Shown: positions 44,922 to 57,683, counted from the first letter of the stretch. The stretch: 64,000 bases of DNA from an uncultured Gemmatimonadales bacterium (GCA_963851265.1 CAWKNZ010000005.1:32001-96000); one strand, 5' to 3'. Notes: a model not told the origin generated them from the sequence alone. Numbers and translations are program-made.

Positions 44922-46127
44922 CTAGCGCGGCGCCGCGGCGGGCGCGGGCGAGAGCGCGCGCAGTGCGCCTAACGCGGCGCTCGCGCGCGCGGCGCCGCGC
45001 TGCAGGCCGCGCACGATGCCGCGGTCGTCGCCGCGCATCGGCGTCGACGTCGAGTCGTAGACGTCGAGGAACCCGTGCCAGTAGAAGGTCTTGGCCCAGG
45101 GCGAACCGGTGCGCCCGCTGGTCATCGCCGTCATCAGCGTGCGCAGGTGCGCGGCCTGCGAGTCGGCCTGGATGCGGGCGCGGCGGTACCCGGCGCAGTA
45201 CGACGGGGTGCTGACGTTCTCGCCGGCCGCGCGCGCGTTGGCGCGGTCGAGGCACCCGACCGGCCCCGCCTCGGTGAGCCAGACGGGCCACGCCCACGGC
45301 CGCACGCCGCTGGCCTCCGGGAGCGCCCGCACGGTGCGCGCGATGTCGGCGGCGTCGGAGTAGTGGTGCATCGACACGACGTCGACGTTGGCGCCCTGGC
45401 GCTGCGTCTGCAGCAGGCCGCGCACCCACCGCTCGGCGCCGCCGCGCGCGGCCTCGGGTGCGACGAGCAGGCGCGCGCCGCGGCCGTCGGCGGGGCGGCG
45501 GATCCACGGCGCGGCCGCGGCGACCAGCCCGGCGTAGTCGGCGATGAGCGCGTCCTCGCCTTCGGCATTCGGGCCGATCGCGCCGCGTCGCCCGTTGAAG
45601 AACACGGCCACGTTCGGCTCATTCCACACGGCCCACGCGCGCACGTCCGGGTAGCGTTCGACGGCCGCGCGGACGAACCGCGCCCAGTCCCGGAGGTCGT
45701 CGGGGAGGTCGGTCTGGCGGCGGCCGCCGTCGGCGACCGGCCGGGTGACGGCCCACGCCGGCGTGTATTCGAGCACGCCGAGCACGTTGAGGCCGCGGCA
45801 GCGCGCGCGGCTCACCGTCTGGTCGAGGCGCGACCAGCGGAAGGCCGCGTCGGACGTGCGCGAGGCCGGGTCCGCGCCGATCGTACTCCAGTCGACGTCG
45901 ACGCGCACCCACCCGGTGCCGGCCGCCCGCAGCATCGTGGCCGCGGTCGCGTACGCCGTGTCCGGGAACGGGTCGCCCGGCTGGTAGGCGAGCGCGTTGA
46001 CGTTCATCCCGTACGGGTTGGACGCGGGCTGCCGCGCGAAGCGCGGCTCCCCGCGGCAGTCGTCCGCGTGCGTAGCCGCCGGGCGCGTGACCGGCACGGG
46101 CGCGACCGGCACGGGCGTGACCGGCAT
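44922..46127 (-). CDS. Clan GH-A glycoside hydrolase (GH5/GH39-like)
   Basis: GWVRVDVDW, YTPAWA, WAVWNEPN (acid/base), SMHHY and VWLTEAG (nucleophile). Confidence 0.75.
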   Translation of the reverse strand: MPVTPVPVAPVPVTRPAATHADDCRGEPRFARQPASNPYGMNVNALAYQPGDPFPDTAYATAATMLRAAGTGWVRVDVDWSTIGADPASRTSDAAFRWSRLDQTVSRARCRGLNVLGVLEYTPAWAVTRPVADGGRRQTDLPDDLRDWARFVRAAVERYPDVRAWAVWNEPNVAVFFNGRRGAIGPNAEGEDALIADYAGLVAAAAPWIRRPADGRGARLLVAPEAARGGAERWVRGLLQTQRQGANVDVVSMHHYSDAADIARTVRALPEASGVRPWAWPVWLTEAGPVGCLDRANARAAGENVSTPSYCAGYRRARIQADSQAAHLRTLMTAMTSGRTGSPWAKTFYWHGFLDVYDSTSTPMRGDDRGIVRGLQRGAARASAALGALRALSPAPAAAPR

Positions 46128-46129
46128 GG

Positions 46130-48220
<2,091 letters not shown>

Positions 48221-48379
48221 CGCCGAACGTTACGCCCGGAACCGCCCCGTCAAGGGTCGGGCGGCGGCAACGGCCGAGCCTGCCGTACCCCTGCATTGCC
48301 CCGGTCCGTCAAGTGCTGGAAGCCCCTCTCCGCGCCGCATAACGTTCCTGCCCCGAGCCCACCCTCAGCGTCCGCCTCA

Positions 48380-49399
48380 ATGCCTACGACTGTCACGCTC
48401 ATCCCCGGCGACGGCATCGGCCCGAGCATCGCCGACGCCACGGTCCGCGTCCTCGAGGCGGCGGGGGCCGACCTCGCGTACGACGTGCAGGTCGCCGGCC
48501 AGGCCGGGGTGTCGCGCTACCACGACCCGATCCCCGACGTCACGCTCGACTCGATCCGCAAGACGCGGATCGCGCTCAAGGGGCCGCTCGAGACGCCGGT
48601 GGGCGAGGGGTTCCGCTCGATCAACGTCGCCCTGCGCAAGACGTTCGACCTCTACGCCAACGTGCGGCCGGCCCACGTGATCATGCGCGGCGGGCGCTTC
48701 GACAAGGTCGACATCGTGCTCGTGCGCGAGAACACCGAGGGGCTCTACATCGGCGTCGAGCACTACATCAAGATCGGCAACGACCCGAAGGCGGCCGCGG
48801 AGTCGATCCTCGTGATCACGCGCCAGGGCTCGGAGCGCATCGTGCGCTACGCGTTCGAGTACGCGCTCTCGCACGGGCGCAGGAAAATCACGCTCGTGCA
48901 CAAGGCGAACATCCTCAAGTTCTCGCAGGGGCTGTTCCTCGACGTGGGGCGCGAGGTGGCGCGCGAGTACCAGGGGCGCATCGAGTTCGACACACAGATC
49001 GTCGACGCGATGGCGATGAAGCTCGTGATCGCCCCCGAGCAGTTCGACGTGATCGTGACGACCAACATGTTCGGCGACATCCTCTCCGACGAGATCTCGG
49101 GGCTGGTGGGCGGGCTCGGGCTCGCGCCGGGGGCGAACATCGGCGAGGGGGCGGCGATCTTCGAGGCGGTGCACGGCACCGCGCCCGACATCGCGGGCAA
49201 GAACGTCGCGAACCCGGGCGCGCTGATCCTCGCGTCGGCGATGATGCTCGACCACCTCGGCCAGCACGAGCGCGGCGACCGCATCCGGAACTGCTTCGAG
49301 CAGCAGGTGCGCGAGGGCAAGGCGCTCACGCGCGACCTCGGCGGGACGGCGGGCACCGACGCGTTCACCGACGAACTCGTCGCGCGCGTGCGCGGCTGA
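48380..49399 (+). CDS. icd: Isocitrate/isopropylmalate dehydrogenase family, probably NAD-dependent IDH
   Basis: IPGDGIGP, LKGPLETP, RSINVALR, VHKANI, NMFGDILSD and EAVHGTAPDIAG. Confidence 0.85.
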   Translation: MPTTVTLIPGDGIGPSIADATVRVLEAAGADLAYDVQVAGQAGVSRYHDPIPDVTLDSIRKTRIALKGPLETPVGEGFRSINVALRKTFDLYANVRPAHVIMRGGRFDKVDIVLVRENTEGLYIGVEHYIKIGNDPKAAAESILVITRQGSERIVRYAFEYALSHGRRKITLVHKANILKFSQGLFLDVGREVAREYQGRIEFDTQIVDAMAMKLVIAPEQFDVIVTTNMFGDILSDEISGLVGGLGLAPGANIGEGAAIFEAVHGTAPDIAGKNVANPGALILASAMMLDHLGQHERGDRIRNCFEQQVREGKALTRDLGGTAGTDAFTDELVARVRG

Positions 49400-49453
49400 C
49401 GCGCGGACGTTCGTTCCGCACCGCGTACCGAACCTCGTCAGACGACCGCTCCC

Positions 49454-50296
49454 GTGGCACTCCGCGTCTTTCACGTTTCCGACCTGCACTTCGGGCGCCC
49501 GGCGGTGCCCGCGCAGGTCGAGGCGCTCGAGCGTCTCGTCGAGCGCGAGCGCTACGACGTGGTCGCCGTGTCGGGGGACCTCACGCAGCGCGCGCGCTCC
49601 GGGGAGTTCCAGCGGGCCGCGGTGTTCCTGCGCGACGCGGCGCGCGTGAGCCGGACCGTCGTCGTGCCCGGCAACCACGACGTGCTGTGGTGGAAGGCGC
49701 CGTTGGGGCTCGGGGACGACGCGCCCGTCTACGCCAACTACCGCGAGTACATCTCGACCGACCTCGAGCCGGTGCTGCGCGTGCCCGGGGAGGACGGGGG
49801 GCCCGGCGCGGTCTTCGTGGGGCTCAACACCGCCCAGGGCGTGCTGCCGCAGACGCTCACCTGGAACGTGCGCGACATCTCGATCATCGGGCACCTGCGC
49901 CGCTCTCAGGTCGAGCACGCGGCGGCCGCGTTCGCGGCCGCGCCGGAGCACGACTGGCGCGTGATCGTGATGCACCACAATCCGGTGATGGGCGAGCTCT
50001 CGCAGCGCCACGGGCTCAAGCACACCCGCCGCGTGCTCGGCGCATTCGCCGAGATCGGGACGGACCTGGTGCTGTGCGGGCACGACCACCAGGAGGCGGT
50101 GCACGAGGTCGAGACGACGAAGCGGGGGACGATCGTCTCGACCGCGGGCACGGTGAGCAACCGGTCGCGCGGCGGACGCCCGTCGTCGGCCAACGTACTC
50201 ACCCTGCGGCCGGGCGCGATCGACGTGATGACGCTCGTGTGGTCGTCGGCGGAGCGCGACTTCGTGCCGGGGCCGCGGCGGTCGTTCGCGCGGTGA
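49454..50296 (+). CDS. Metallophosphoesterase
   Basis: SDLHFG, SGDLTQ, PGNHD, MHHNP and CGHDH. Confidence 0.9.
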   Translation: MALRVFHVSDLHFGRPAVPAQVEALERLVERERYDVVAVSGDLTQRARSGEFQRAAVFLRDAARVSRTVVVPGNHDVLWWKAPLGLGDDAPVYANYREYISTDLEPVLRVPGEDGGPGAVFVGLNTAQGVLPQTLTWNVRDISIIGHLRRSQVEHAAAAFAAAPEHDWRVIVMHHNPVMGELSQRHGLKHTRRVLGAFAEIGTDLVLCGHDHQEAVHEVETTKRGTIVSTAGTVSNRSRGGRPSSANVLTLRPGAIDVMTLVWSSAERDFVPGPRRSFAR

Positions 50297-50311
50297 CCGC
50301 CTAACACCCGC

Positions 50312-51154
50312 ATGAAGGGACAGTTCGAACTCGGCCTGGCCGCCCCGCCCGCCGCGCCCGCCGCGCCCGCCGCGCCGCCGGCCCGCCCCACGCCGGGCGA
50401 CGCGGCCGCGCTGCTGGCCGCACTGCGCCGGCTCGGGCTTCGGGGCATCGACCGGCTGCGCTTCACGCGCAACCGCACCGTGATGGTCAGCTTCAGCGGC
50501 GGCGAGCTGCGCGTGCACGAGGGCTACCGCGACGCGCCCGCCGAGGTGCTGCGTGCGGTGGTGAGTTTCGTGTGCGGGCGCACGCGCGCCGACCGGCGGG
50601 CCGCGCGCGAGGCGATCCTCGCGTACCAGATCGTGCGCCCCGCGGGCTCCGCGCCGCGGCGGCGCGAGCGCGCGCGGCCCGAGGACGAGCCCGCCGTGGC
50701 GCAGCTGCGGCGCTTCCACTCGCATTACAATCGGGTCTACTTCGGTGGCCGCCTCAAGGCGGTGCCGATCCGGCTCTCGGCGCGCATGCGCACGCGCCTC
50801 GGGCACTACACGGCCGCCGCGCCCACCGGCGATCCGGCCGAGATCGTGATCGGCGCGGCGCACATCCGGCGCCACGGCTGGGAAGAGGCGCTGCACACGC
50901 TGCTGCACGAGATGGTGCACCAGTGGCAGGACGAGGCCGGGCACGCGGTCGACCACGGGGCGACGTTCCGCGCGAAGGCGCGCGAGGTCGGGATCACGGC
51001 GAGCGCGCGGCGGCACATGGTCCCGCGCCGGCCGCGCGCGGGGCGCGACCTCGCCGCGACGGCGCCGCCGCTGCCGTTCGGGCCGTCGCACGGCCCCGCG
51101 CACGGGCGCCCGCCGGCGCAGACGATCGGGCTGCGGGCGGCGCGCGAGGACTGA
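50312..51154 (+). CDS. SprT-like zinc metalloprotease domain protein
   Basis: YNRVYFGG, RMRTRLG, TLLHEMVHQW and HGATF. Confidence 0.85.
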   Translation: MKGQFELGLAAPPAAPAAPAAPPARPTPGDAAALLAALRRLGLRGIDRLRFTRNRTVMVSFSGGELRVHEGYRDAPAEVLRAVVSFVCGRTRADRRAAREAILAYQIVRPAGSAPRRRERARPEDEPAVAQLRRFHSHYNRVYFGGRLKAVPIRLSARMRTRLGHYTAAAPTGDPAEIVIGAAHIRRHGWEEALHTLLHEMVHQWQDEAGHAVDHGATFRAKAREVGITASARRHMVPRRPRAGRDLAATAPPLPFGPSHGPAHGRPPAQTIGLRAARED

Positions 51155-51265
51155 GCCGCGCGCGGTGGTCCCCGTGGCCACCTGCGCGATGTGCGCACGG
51201 GGTAGGGCGGGCCGAGGTTCGGGCACCCGCGGGCTAGATTGCCGGTGTCTCACACCCCGGATCCG

Positions 51266-52546
51266 ATGGCTACCGAGATCGCCCCCGAGCCGACGTCGAA
51301 CGCGACGGCAGAACCCGACATCGACCAGTACCTCGCCTCGCCCGCGCAGCGCCCGACCACAGGTGATCTGTTCAACATCGACGCGGGGCTGACCGAAGAT
51401 GAGCGCGCCGTGCGCGACTCGGTGCGGCGCTTCGTCGACGAGGACGTGCTGCCGATCATCGGCACGCACTACGTCGAGGGGACCTTCCCGCGGCACCTGA
51501 TCGCGAAGATGGGCGAGCTCGGCGTGTTCGGCGCGAACCTGCCCGAGGAGTACGGCTGCGCGGGGCTGAACAACGTGCAGTACGGGCTCATCATGCAGGA
51601 ACTCGAGCGCGGCGATTCGGGGATCCGGTCGTTCGCCTCGGTGCAGGGCGCACTCGTGATGTACCCCATCTACGCGTTCGGGTCGGAGGCGCAGCGGCGC
51701 GCGTGGCTGCCGCGCATGGCCACGGGCGAGGTGATCGGCTGCTTCGGGCTCACGGAGCCGGACTACGGCTCGAACCCGTCGGGGATGATCACGGTCGCGC
51801 GCGAGCAGGCGGACGGGTCGTACGTGCTGAACGGCGCGAAGATGTGGATCACGAACGGGTCGACGGCGCAGGTGGCCGTGGTGTGGGCCAAGACGGTGCG
51901 CCACGGCGAGACCGCGGTCGGCGACGACAAGACGATCCGCGGATTCCTCGTCCCGACGGACGCGCCGGGATTCCGCGCGCGCAACCAGAAGGGAAAGCTC
52001 TCGCTCCGCGCGTCCGACACGAGCGAGCTGACGTTCGAGGACGTGCCGCTGCCGGCGGACGCCATCCTCCCCGGGTCGGGCGGACTCAAAAGCCCGCTCA
52101 TGTGTCTCACGCAGGCCCGCTACGGCATCTCGTGGGGCGCGTTGGGCGCGGCGATCGCCTGCTTCGAGGAGGCGACGTCGTACGCGAAATCGCGCGTGAT
52201 GTTCGACCGGCCGATCGGCGGCTTCCAGATCCAGCAGGTGCGCCTGGCCGACATGCTCACCGAGATCACCAAGGGTCAGCTGCTCGCGCTGCACCTCGGC
52301 CGGTGCAAGGACGCCGGCACGTTCACCCCGACGATGGTCTCGCTCGCCAAGCGCAACAACGTGTCGGTCGCGACGGACGTGGCGCGCGAGGCGCGGCGTC
52401 TGTTAGGCGGCAACGGGATCCTTGCCGAGTACGCGAGCATGCGGCACATGGCCAACCTCGAAAGCGTGTACACGTACGAGGGGACCCACGACGTGCACTC
52501 GCTCATCCTCGGCCAGGCGATCACGGGGCTGAACGCGTTCAAGTGA
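51266..52546 (+). CDS. Acyl-CoA dehydrogenase, glutaryl-CoA dehydrogenase-like
   Basis: ELERGDSG.RSF.SVQ, CFGLTEPD.GS, AKMWITNG, LGGNGI and YTYEGTHDVH. Confidence 0.9.
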   Translation: MATEIAPEPTSNATAEPDIDQYLASPAQRPTTGDLFNIDAGLTEDERAVRDSVRRFVDEDVLPIIGTHYVEGTFPRHLIAKMGELGVFGANLPEEYGCAGLNNVQYGLIMQELERGDSGIRSFASVQGALVMYPIYAFGSEAQRRAWLPRMATGEVIGCFGLTEPDYGSNPSGMITVAREQADGSYVLNGAKMWITNGSTAQVAVVWAKTVRHGETAVGDDKTIRGFLVPTDAPGFRARNQKGKLSLRASDTSELTFEDVPLPADAILPGSGGLKSPLMCLTQARYGISWGALGAAIACFEEATSYAKSRVMFDRPIGGFQIQQVRLADMLTEITKGQLLALHLGRCKDAGTFTPTMVSLAKRNNVSVATDVAREARRLLGGNGILAEYASMRHMANLESVYTYEGTHDVHSLILGQAITGLNAFK

Positions 52547-52610
52547 GGTCGGGCGCTCGCCGCGGCCCCGCGCTGCCGTCCACGCCCGAGACTCGCGCGA
52601 CGACCGACGG

Positions 52611-54845
52611 CTATCGGCGGCCGGCGTGGCGGATCCGTGCGACGTCGCTGTCGCGCGCGAGCTCGCGGCGCCAGAACACCGTCTCCCCGTAGTTGCGGTT
52701 GATCAGCCGGTTGTACGGAAGGTCGGCCTCGCGGGCGAGGGCGCGGCGGCGTGAGGCGTCGCCGGGTGCCGCCGGCAGCGCGCGCAGCGCGCCGGCGTAG
52801 GCGCCTAACGCGAGGAACAGCTCCGAGTTGGTGCGGAGGAAGAGGCTGTCGGCGCGGCGCTCCTCGGCCGGCGTCCACGGCACACCCGGGATTGCCGCGG
52901 GCGCGCTGCCCCGCCACACCGACGTGTCGCCGATGAGGCGCCGCCATCGCGATTCGACCGTGCGGTACCACCAACGGTCGTCGGCGCCGCCGAGCAGGGA
53001 GTCCTGATTCGCGATGAGGTGACGGGCGAAGGCGACGCGGCCCGCGCTCGATCGGTCGGTCGCGAGTGGGGCCGTCGCGCCGAGACGGCGGGCGAGGTTC
53101 GGGTCGGCGGTGGCGACGACACGGGCGGCGCCGGCCCAGTCGCCGGTGGCCGCGAGGCGGGCGGCGCGGATCCGGACGGCCTCGTTGCGCGGGCCGGTGT
53201 CGGGCGCGGCGCTGAGCGCGGTCAGGACGGAATCGGGCGCGATGACGTCGAGGAAGTAGGCGCGCGCGTCGCGATCGAGCTGAGGGTCGGATAGCGCGCG
53301 CGACCACTGGCCGCGGCGCAATGCGAGCCGCAACCGCATCGACGCGACTGCGGGGCTTGGTGAAAGGAGCGCCGCCTGCGTCTCGGCCTCCGGCCAGCGC
53401 CCGGCGCGGATAAGGATCGCGAGCCGCTCGGCGCCCCAGAGCGCCGTGGGCGATTCGGCGTTCCTGGGAAAGGCGGACGGCAGGAACCCGCCCGCGGAGT
53501 CGCCCAACACGACGCGGAGCAGCCGCTCCTCCGCGTTCACCGCCCATGCGGCGGGACGCGCCGCGTGCGCACGGCGCCACGCGCTGTCCCACGCCACGCG
53601 GGAATACGCCCCCGGCGTGCTCCCACTGCACGCGTACGTGGTACAGCCGAAATCACGGAAGACGAACGCGGAGCGAAGCGCCGGGTCGGCGATCGCGCGC
53701 ACGGTCACCGGGTCTGGATCGGCGCCGAGTCGGAGCAGGAAGTACATCTCGGCGACGGCGCGCCCCTGGTGCCGCGGGTACTCGGCGAGGAGCGTCGCCC
53801 AGGCGCGCGCGGTGTCGCCCGCAAATCGATCGACGCGTACCGTCGAGAAGCGGGCGAGGTCGCCGAGTGGGTGCGAGGGGTATGCCGCGCGCCATGCCTC
53901 GTAGTCGCGCCGGAGCGCACGGAAGGCGGCGACGTCAGGCGCCGCGGTGTCGGGCCATCCGGCGGGGACGAGCGCGCGGGTGCGCTCCTCGAGGGCGACG
54001 AAGCGCAGCGAGGGAAAGCGTGGGGACGACGTGAGGCGCGACGCGGCGGCGGCCAGCTCGGCGCGCGACATGCGCCGCAGGGCGGCCGCTTCCCGAAGCG
54101 CCGGCGGGAGCGACTCGGCGGGGATCGGATCCGGAACGCGGGCGACCTGCGCACGACGCCAGGCGCCGACCCGGGCGCGCGACGCGGCCGCGCTGTCATA
54201 CAGGTACGACACCCTGGGCGTGTCGCGCGGGACGGGCGGCGCGGCGAAGAAGCGCGCGAGGAGGCGGCCATCCGGTGCTTGACCGCTGGCGGCGGTGAGC
54301 GTTGGGCGGAGCTCGAGGTACTCCACCGCGCGCTGCACCACGGGCTGCTCCAGCTGCGCGACCGTGGCGGGCATGTCGAGCGAGCGGGCGACCAGCGATC
54401 GCGCCTCTACCGCGGCCCGGTCGAGTGCGCCCGCGCGGAGCGCAGCTTCGAGTGCGGCGGTCGAGAGGCGCGGGCGCGTGGTGTCCTGCAGGTCCGCGGT
54501 GAGATTCCAGCGCCAGCGCTGGTCCCACAGCCGGAGCAGATCGACCGCCGCCCGCCCGCGGGCCGAGTCGCCGCGAGCCGCGTCCGCGCTGTCCGCGAGG
54601 ATCATCGGCGCGAGAAATCCGAACGCGAAGCCGTCGTCCCCTTCGTACGATCGGCCGCCGCTCAGCGCCGGGTCGTTGTCCACGAGCGCGACGAGGTCGA
54701 GGTACGGCTGGTAGATGTCGGGCGTCCAGCCGCCGCCGCACGCACACGCCGGCGTCGCCGACCACGCCACGCCGACGGCGCCGGCCACGAGTGCCACGAC
54801 CAGCAGCGCGCCGCGCCGACGCCGCAGTCGGACGCGCGTGGTCAA
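52611..54845 (-). CDS. Large secreted alpha-helical hypothetical protein (partner of DUF3142)
   Basis: Signal peptide ending PACA-CGGG and a helical Ala/Arg-rich body with YPSHPL. TTG start overlaps the upstream stop (TTGA). Start uncertain. Confidence 0.65.
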   Translation of the reverse strand: MTTRVRLRRRRGALLVVALVAGAVGVAWSATPACACGGGWTPDIYQPYLDLVALVDNDPALSGGRSYEGDDGFAFGFLAPMILADSADAARGDSARGRAAVDLLRLWDQRWRWNLTADLQDTTRPRLSTAALEAALRAGALDRAAVEARSLVARSLDMPATVAQLEQPVVQRAVEYLELRPTLTAASGQAPDGRLLARFFAAPPVPRDTPRVSYLYDSAAASRARVGAWRRAQVARVPDPIPAESLPPALREAAALRRMSRAELAAAASRLTSSPRFPSLRFVALEERTRALVPAGWPDTAAPDVAAFRALRRDYEAWRAAYPSHPLGDLARFSTVRVDRFAGDTARAWATLLAEYPRHQGRAVAEMYFLLRLGADPDPVTVRAIADPALRSAFVFRDFGCTTYACSGSTPGAYSRVAWDSAWRRAHAARPAAWAVNAEERLLRVVLGDSAGGFLPSAFPRNAESPTALWGAERLAILIRAGRWPEAETQAALLSPSPAVASMRLRLALRRGQWSRALSDPQLDRDARAYFLDVIAPDSVLTALSAAPDTGPRNEAVRIRAARLAATGDWAGAARVVATADPNLARRLGATAPLATDRSSAGRVAFARHLIANQDSLLGGADDRWWYRTVESRWRRLIGDTSVWRGSAPAAIPGVPWTPAEERRADSLFLRTNSELFLALGAYAGALRALPAAPGDASRRRALAREADLPYNRLINRNYGETVFWRRELARDSDVARIRHAGRR

Positions 54846-55768
54846 CGATCCGAGGCGGGCGCGGGCGACGGCGAGACGACGAGCGTTGTCCACGGCTGTC
54901 CTCCGGGGAAGACCCACAGTCCACGGTACCACGGCGAACGCGCGAGTGCGGGGGCGAGGGCGAACCAGGCGCGGTGGCGCGTGAGACGCGTGCGGCGGTC
55001 GGGCGACCGGAGCACGCGCTCGAACGCGCCGAGACCGACGCGATACGGAAGGGCTGCCCGGTCGAGCTGTGCCGCGAGGTGCGCGGTCGCGGCCCGCGAC
55101 GGCTCGTCGCCGGTGTCGAACAGCTGCACGATGTGGCCGCTGACGACGCCACGAAAGTGATCGCCGTACTCGCGCTGCGCCACGTGCGCGACGAGGCTCG
55201 TCACCCAGACCTCACGCCCGGCGAGCGCGCCCGCGTGGAGGCGTCGGACCACGGCCGCCCAACGTGCGAGGCGACGGACGGGGCAGTCGTAGTCGAGCTG
55301 GACTTCGTGCGCGTCCGCGCCGGTCGCCGCGACGAGGCGAAGCAGCGTGTCCAGTCGCGCGTCGAGTCGGGCGGCGATGACGCTGTCCGGCGCGGCGAGC
55401 CAGGCCGCGTGCATGCGGTCGTCGAAGCGCACGACGATGGCGAGCGGGGCGCCGGCCGCGGGGCGCGGCGAGAGGGCGAGGCGCTGCTGGACGCCGCCCG
55501 TCGCGCCGCCCTCCCACCAGACGGTGCTGACCCACACGCCCGGGCGCAGGGCGGGGTGCGTCGCGCGGGCGCGTCGCCAGAGCGCGAGGTCGGCCGTGTT
55601 CCACACCCACTGCCCGTCGGCGCGTGTCGCGGGGAGCAGCGCGACGTCCGCCGGTGACGCGACGCGGCGGCACGCGATGGTGCCGACGGCCGCGGCCGCC
55701 ACGCCGGCCGTGACGCCTCGCCACAGCGGCCCGCGCGTCAGTCGGAACCGTTTCGGCCGCAGAATCAC
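54842..55768 (-). CDS. DUF3142-like (GH18-like barrel) protein, possible lipoprotein
   Basis: IVVRFD, EVQLDYDCP.RRL..W, VTSL and IVQLFD. Possible lipobox TIAC. Start uncertain. Confidence 0.65.
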   Translation of the reverse strand: MILRPKRFRLTRGPLWRGVTAGVAAAAVGTIACRRVASPADVALLPATRADGQWVWNTADLALWRRARATHPALRPGVWVSTVWWEGGATGGVQQRLALSPRPAAGAPLAIVVRFDDRMHAAWLAAPDSVIAARLDARLDTLLRLVAATGADAHEVQLDYDCPVRRLARWAAVVRRLHAGALAGREVWVTSLVAHVAQREYGDHFRGVVSGHIVQLFDTGDEPSRAATAHLAAQLDRAALPYRVGLGAFERVLRSPDRRTRLTRHRAWFALAPALARSPWYRGLWVFPGGQPWTTLVVSPSPAPASDR

Positions 55769-55813
55769 TCTCTTGAACACTGTTCGGCAGCCGGCGATCT
55801 TCACCCGGCTACC

Positions 55814-55831
55814 ATGTGAATTCGTTCACAA
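55814..55831. promoter_or_regulatory. Rex-type operator upstream of etfBA
   Basis: ATGTGAA-TTCG-TTCACAA, one mismatch to TTGTGAA-N4-TTCACAA, ending 35 nt before the etfB start. Confidence 0.7.
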
Positions 55832-55865
55832 GCCCAGTTCAGGCCCTGTTTCAGGAGACATCGCG

Positions 55866-56618
<753 letters not shown>

Positions 56619-56652
56619 CGCACGCCTAACGCATCGCAGAGGTCATACACAC

Positions 56653-57642
56653 ATGGCGAACATTTTCGCATTCGTCGAGACCCGCGGCGGCGACGTCCGC
56701 AAGGCGGGGCTCGAGGCGGTGAGCGCGGCCCGCCTGCTGGCCGACCAGACGGGCGGCGGCGAGGTGCACGCGCTCGTCGCGGGCGCGCCGGGCGTCGCGG
56801 CGCAGTCGGCGCGGCTGGCCGAGGTCGGCGCCGACGTCGTGCTCGTGGTCGAGCACCCCGCGCTGGCGCACTACAACCCCGAGGCGGTGTCGGCGACGGT
56901 CGCCGCGCGCGTCGCGGCCGGCGGCTACCGCGCGGCCGTGTTCTCGGCCACCTCGCAGGGGAAGGACCTGAGCCCGCGCGTCGCGGCCAAGCTGCGCGCG
57001 CCACTCGCGCCCGACGCGATCGCGCTCGCGGTCGAGGGGGACGCGATCGTCGTGCGCCACCCGATGTACACCGGCAAGGTCATCGGCTCGCTCAAGATCA
57101 CCGCGTCCCCGGCGCTGCTGTCGGTGCGGCTGGGGGCGATCCCGGTCACGCCTAACGCCAGGGCCGGGCGCGTCGAGACGGTGCAGCCCGCGAGCGACCC
57201 GGCGGCGGCGCGCGTCAAGGTGACGCAGATGGTCGAAGGGAACACCGGCAAGGTGGACCTCGGTGAGGCGCCGGTGATCGTCGCCGGCGGGCGCGGGCTC
57301 AAGAGCGCGGACAACTTCAAGCTCGTCGAGCAGCTCGCCGACTCGTTCGGGAACGCGGCGGTGGGCGCGACTCGCGCGGTGACCGACGAAGGGTGGCGCC
57401 CGCACTCGGAGCAGATCGGGCAGACCGGGCGCGTGGTGAGCCCGGAGCTCTACGTCGCGGTGGGCATCTCGGGGGCGATTCAGCACCTCGCGGGGATGCG
57501 CACCAGCAAGACCATCGTCGCGATCAACAAGGACAAGGAGGCCCCGATCTTCAAGGTGGCCGACTACGGGATCGTGGGCGACGTGTTCGAGGTGGTGCCG
57601 GCGCTGGCCGAGGCGGTGAAGCAGGCGAAGGCGCAGGGCTGA
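56653..57642 (+). CDS. etfA: Electron transfer flavoprotein alpha subunit
   Basis: VAGGRG, QIGQTG..V.PELY, GISGAIQHLAGM and AINKD.EAPIF. Confidence 0.96.
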   Translation: MANIFAFVETRGGDVRKAGLEAVSAARLLADQTGGGEVHALVAGAPGVAAQSARLAEVGADVVLVVEHPALAHYNPEAVSATVAARVAAGGYRAAVFSATSQGKDLSPRVAAKLRAPLAPDAIALAVEGDAIVVRHPMYTGKVIGSLKITASPALLSVRLGAIPVTPNARAGRVETVQPASDPAAARVKVTQMVEGNTGKVDLGEAPVIVAGGRGLKSADNFKLVEQLADSFGNAAVGATRAVTDEGWRPHSEQIGQTGRVVSPELYVAVGISGAIQHLAGMRTSKTIVAINKDKEAPIFKVADYGIVGDVFEVVPALAEAVKQAKAQG

Positions 57643-57657
57643 CCCTCGACCGACGCC

Positions 57658-57683
57658 CGGACCCGGCCGGGCGGCCGGGTCCG
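57658..57683. terminator. Hairpin after etfA
   Basis: Inverted repeat CGGACCCGGCCG-GG-CGGCCGGGTCCG with only a weak U-tract. Confidence 0.45.

Noticed and set aside
48377..52294. Very long antisense or alternate-frame ORFs (e.g. 1305 aa here, 981 aa at 2911-5856, 935 aa at 35344-38151)
   Set aside because: These are shadow ORFs expected at this GC content. They are Arg/Ala/Gly-rich, have no motifs and lie opposite well-supported genes.
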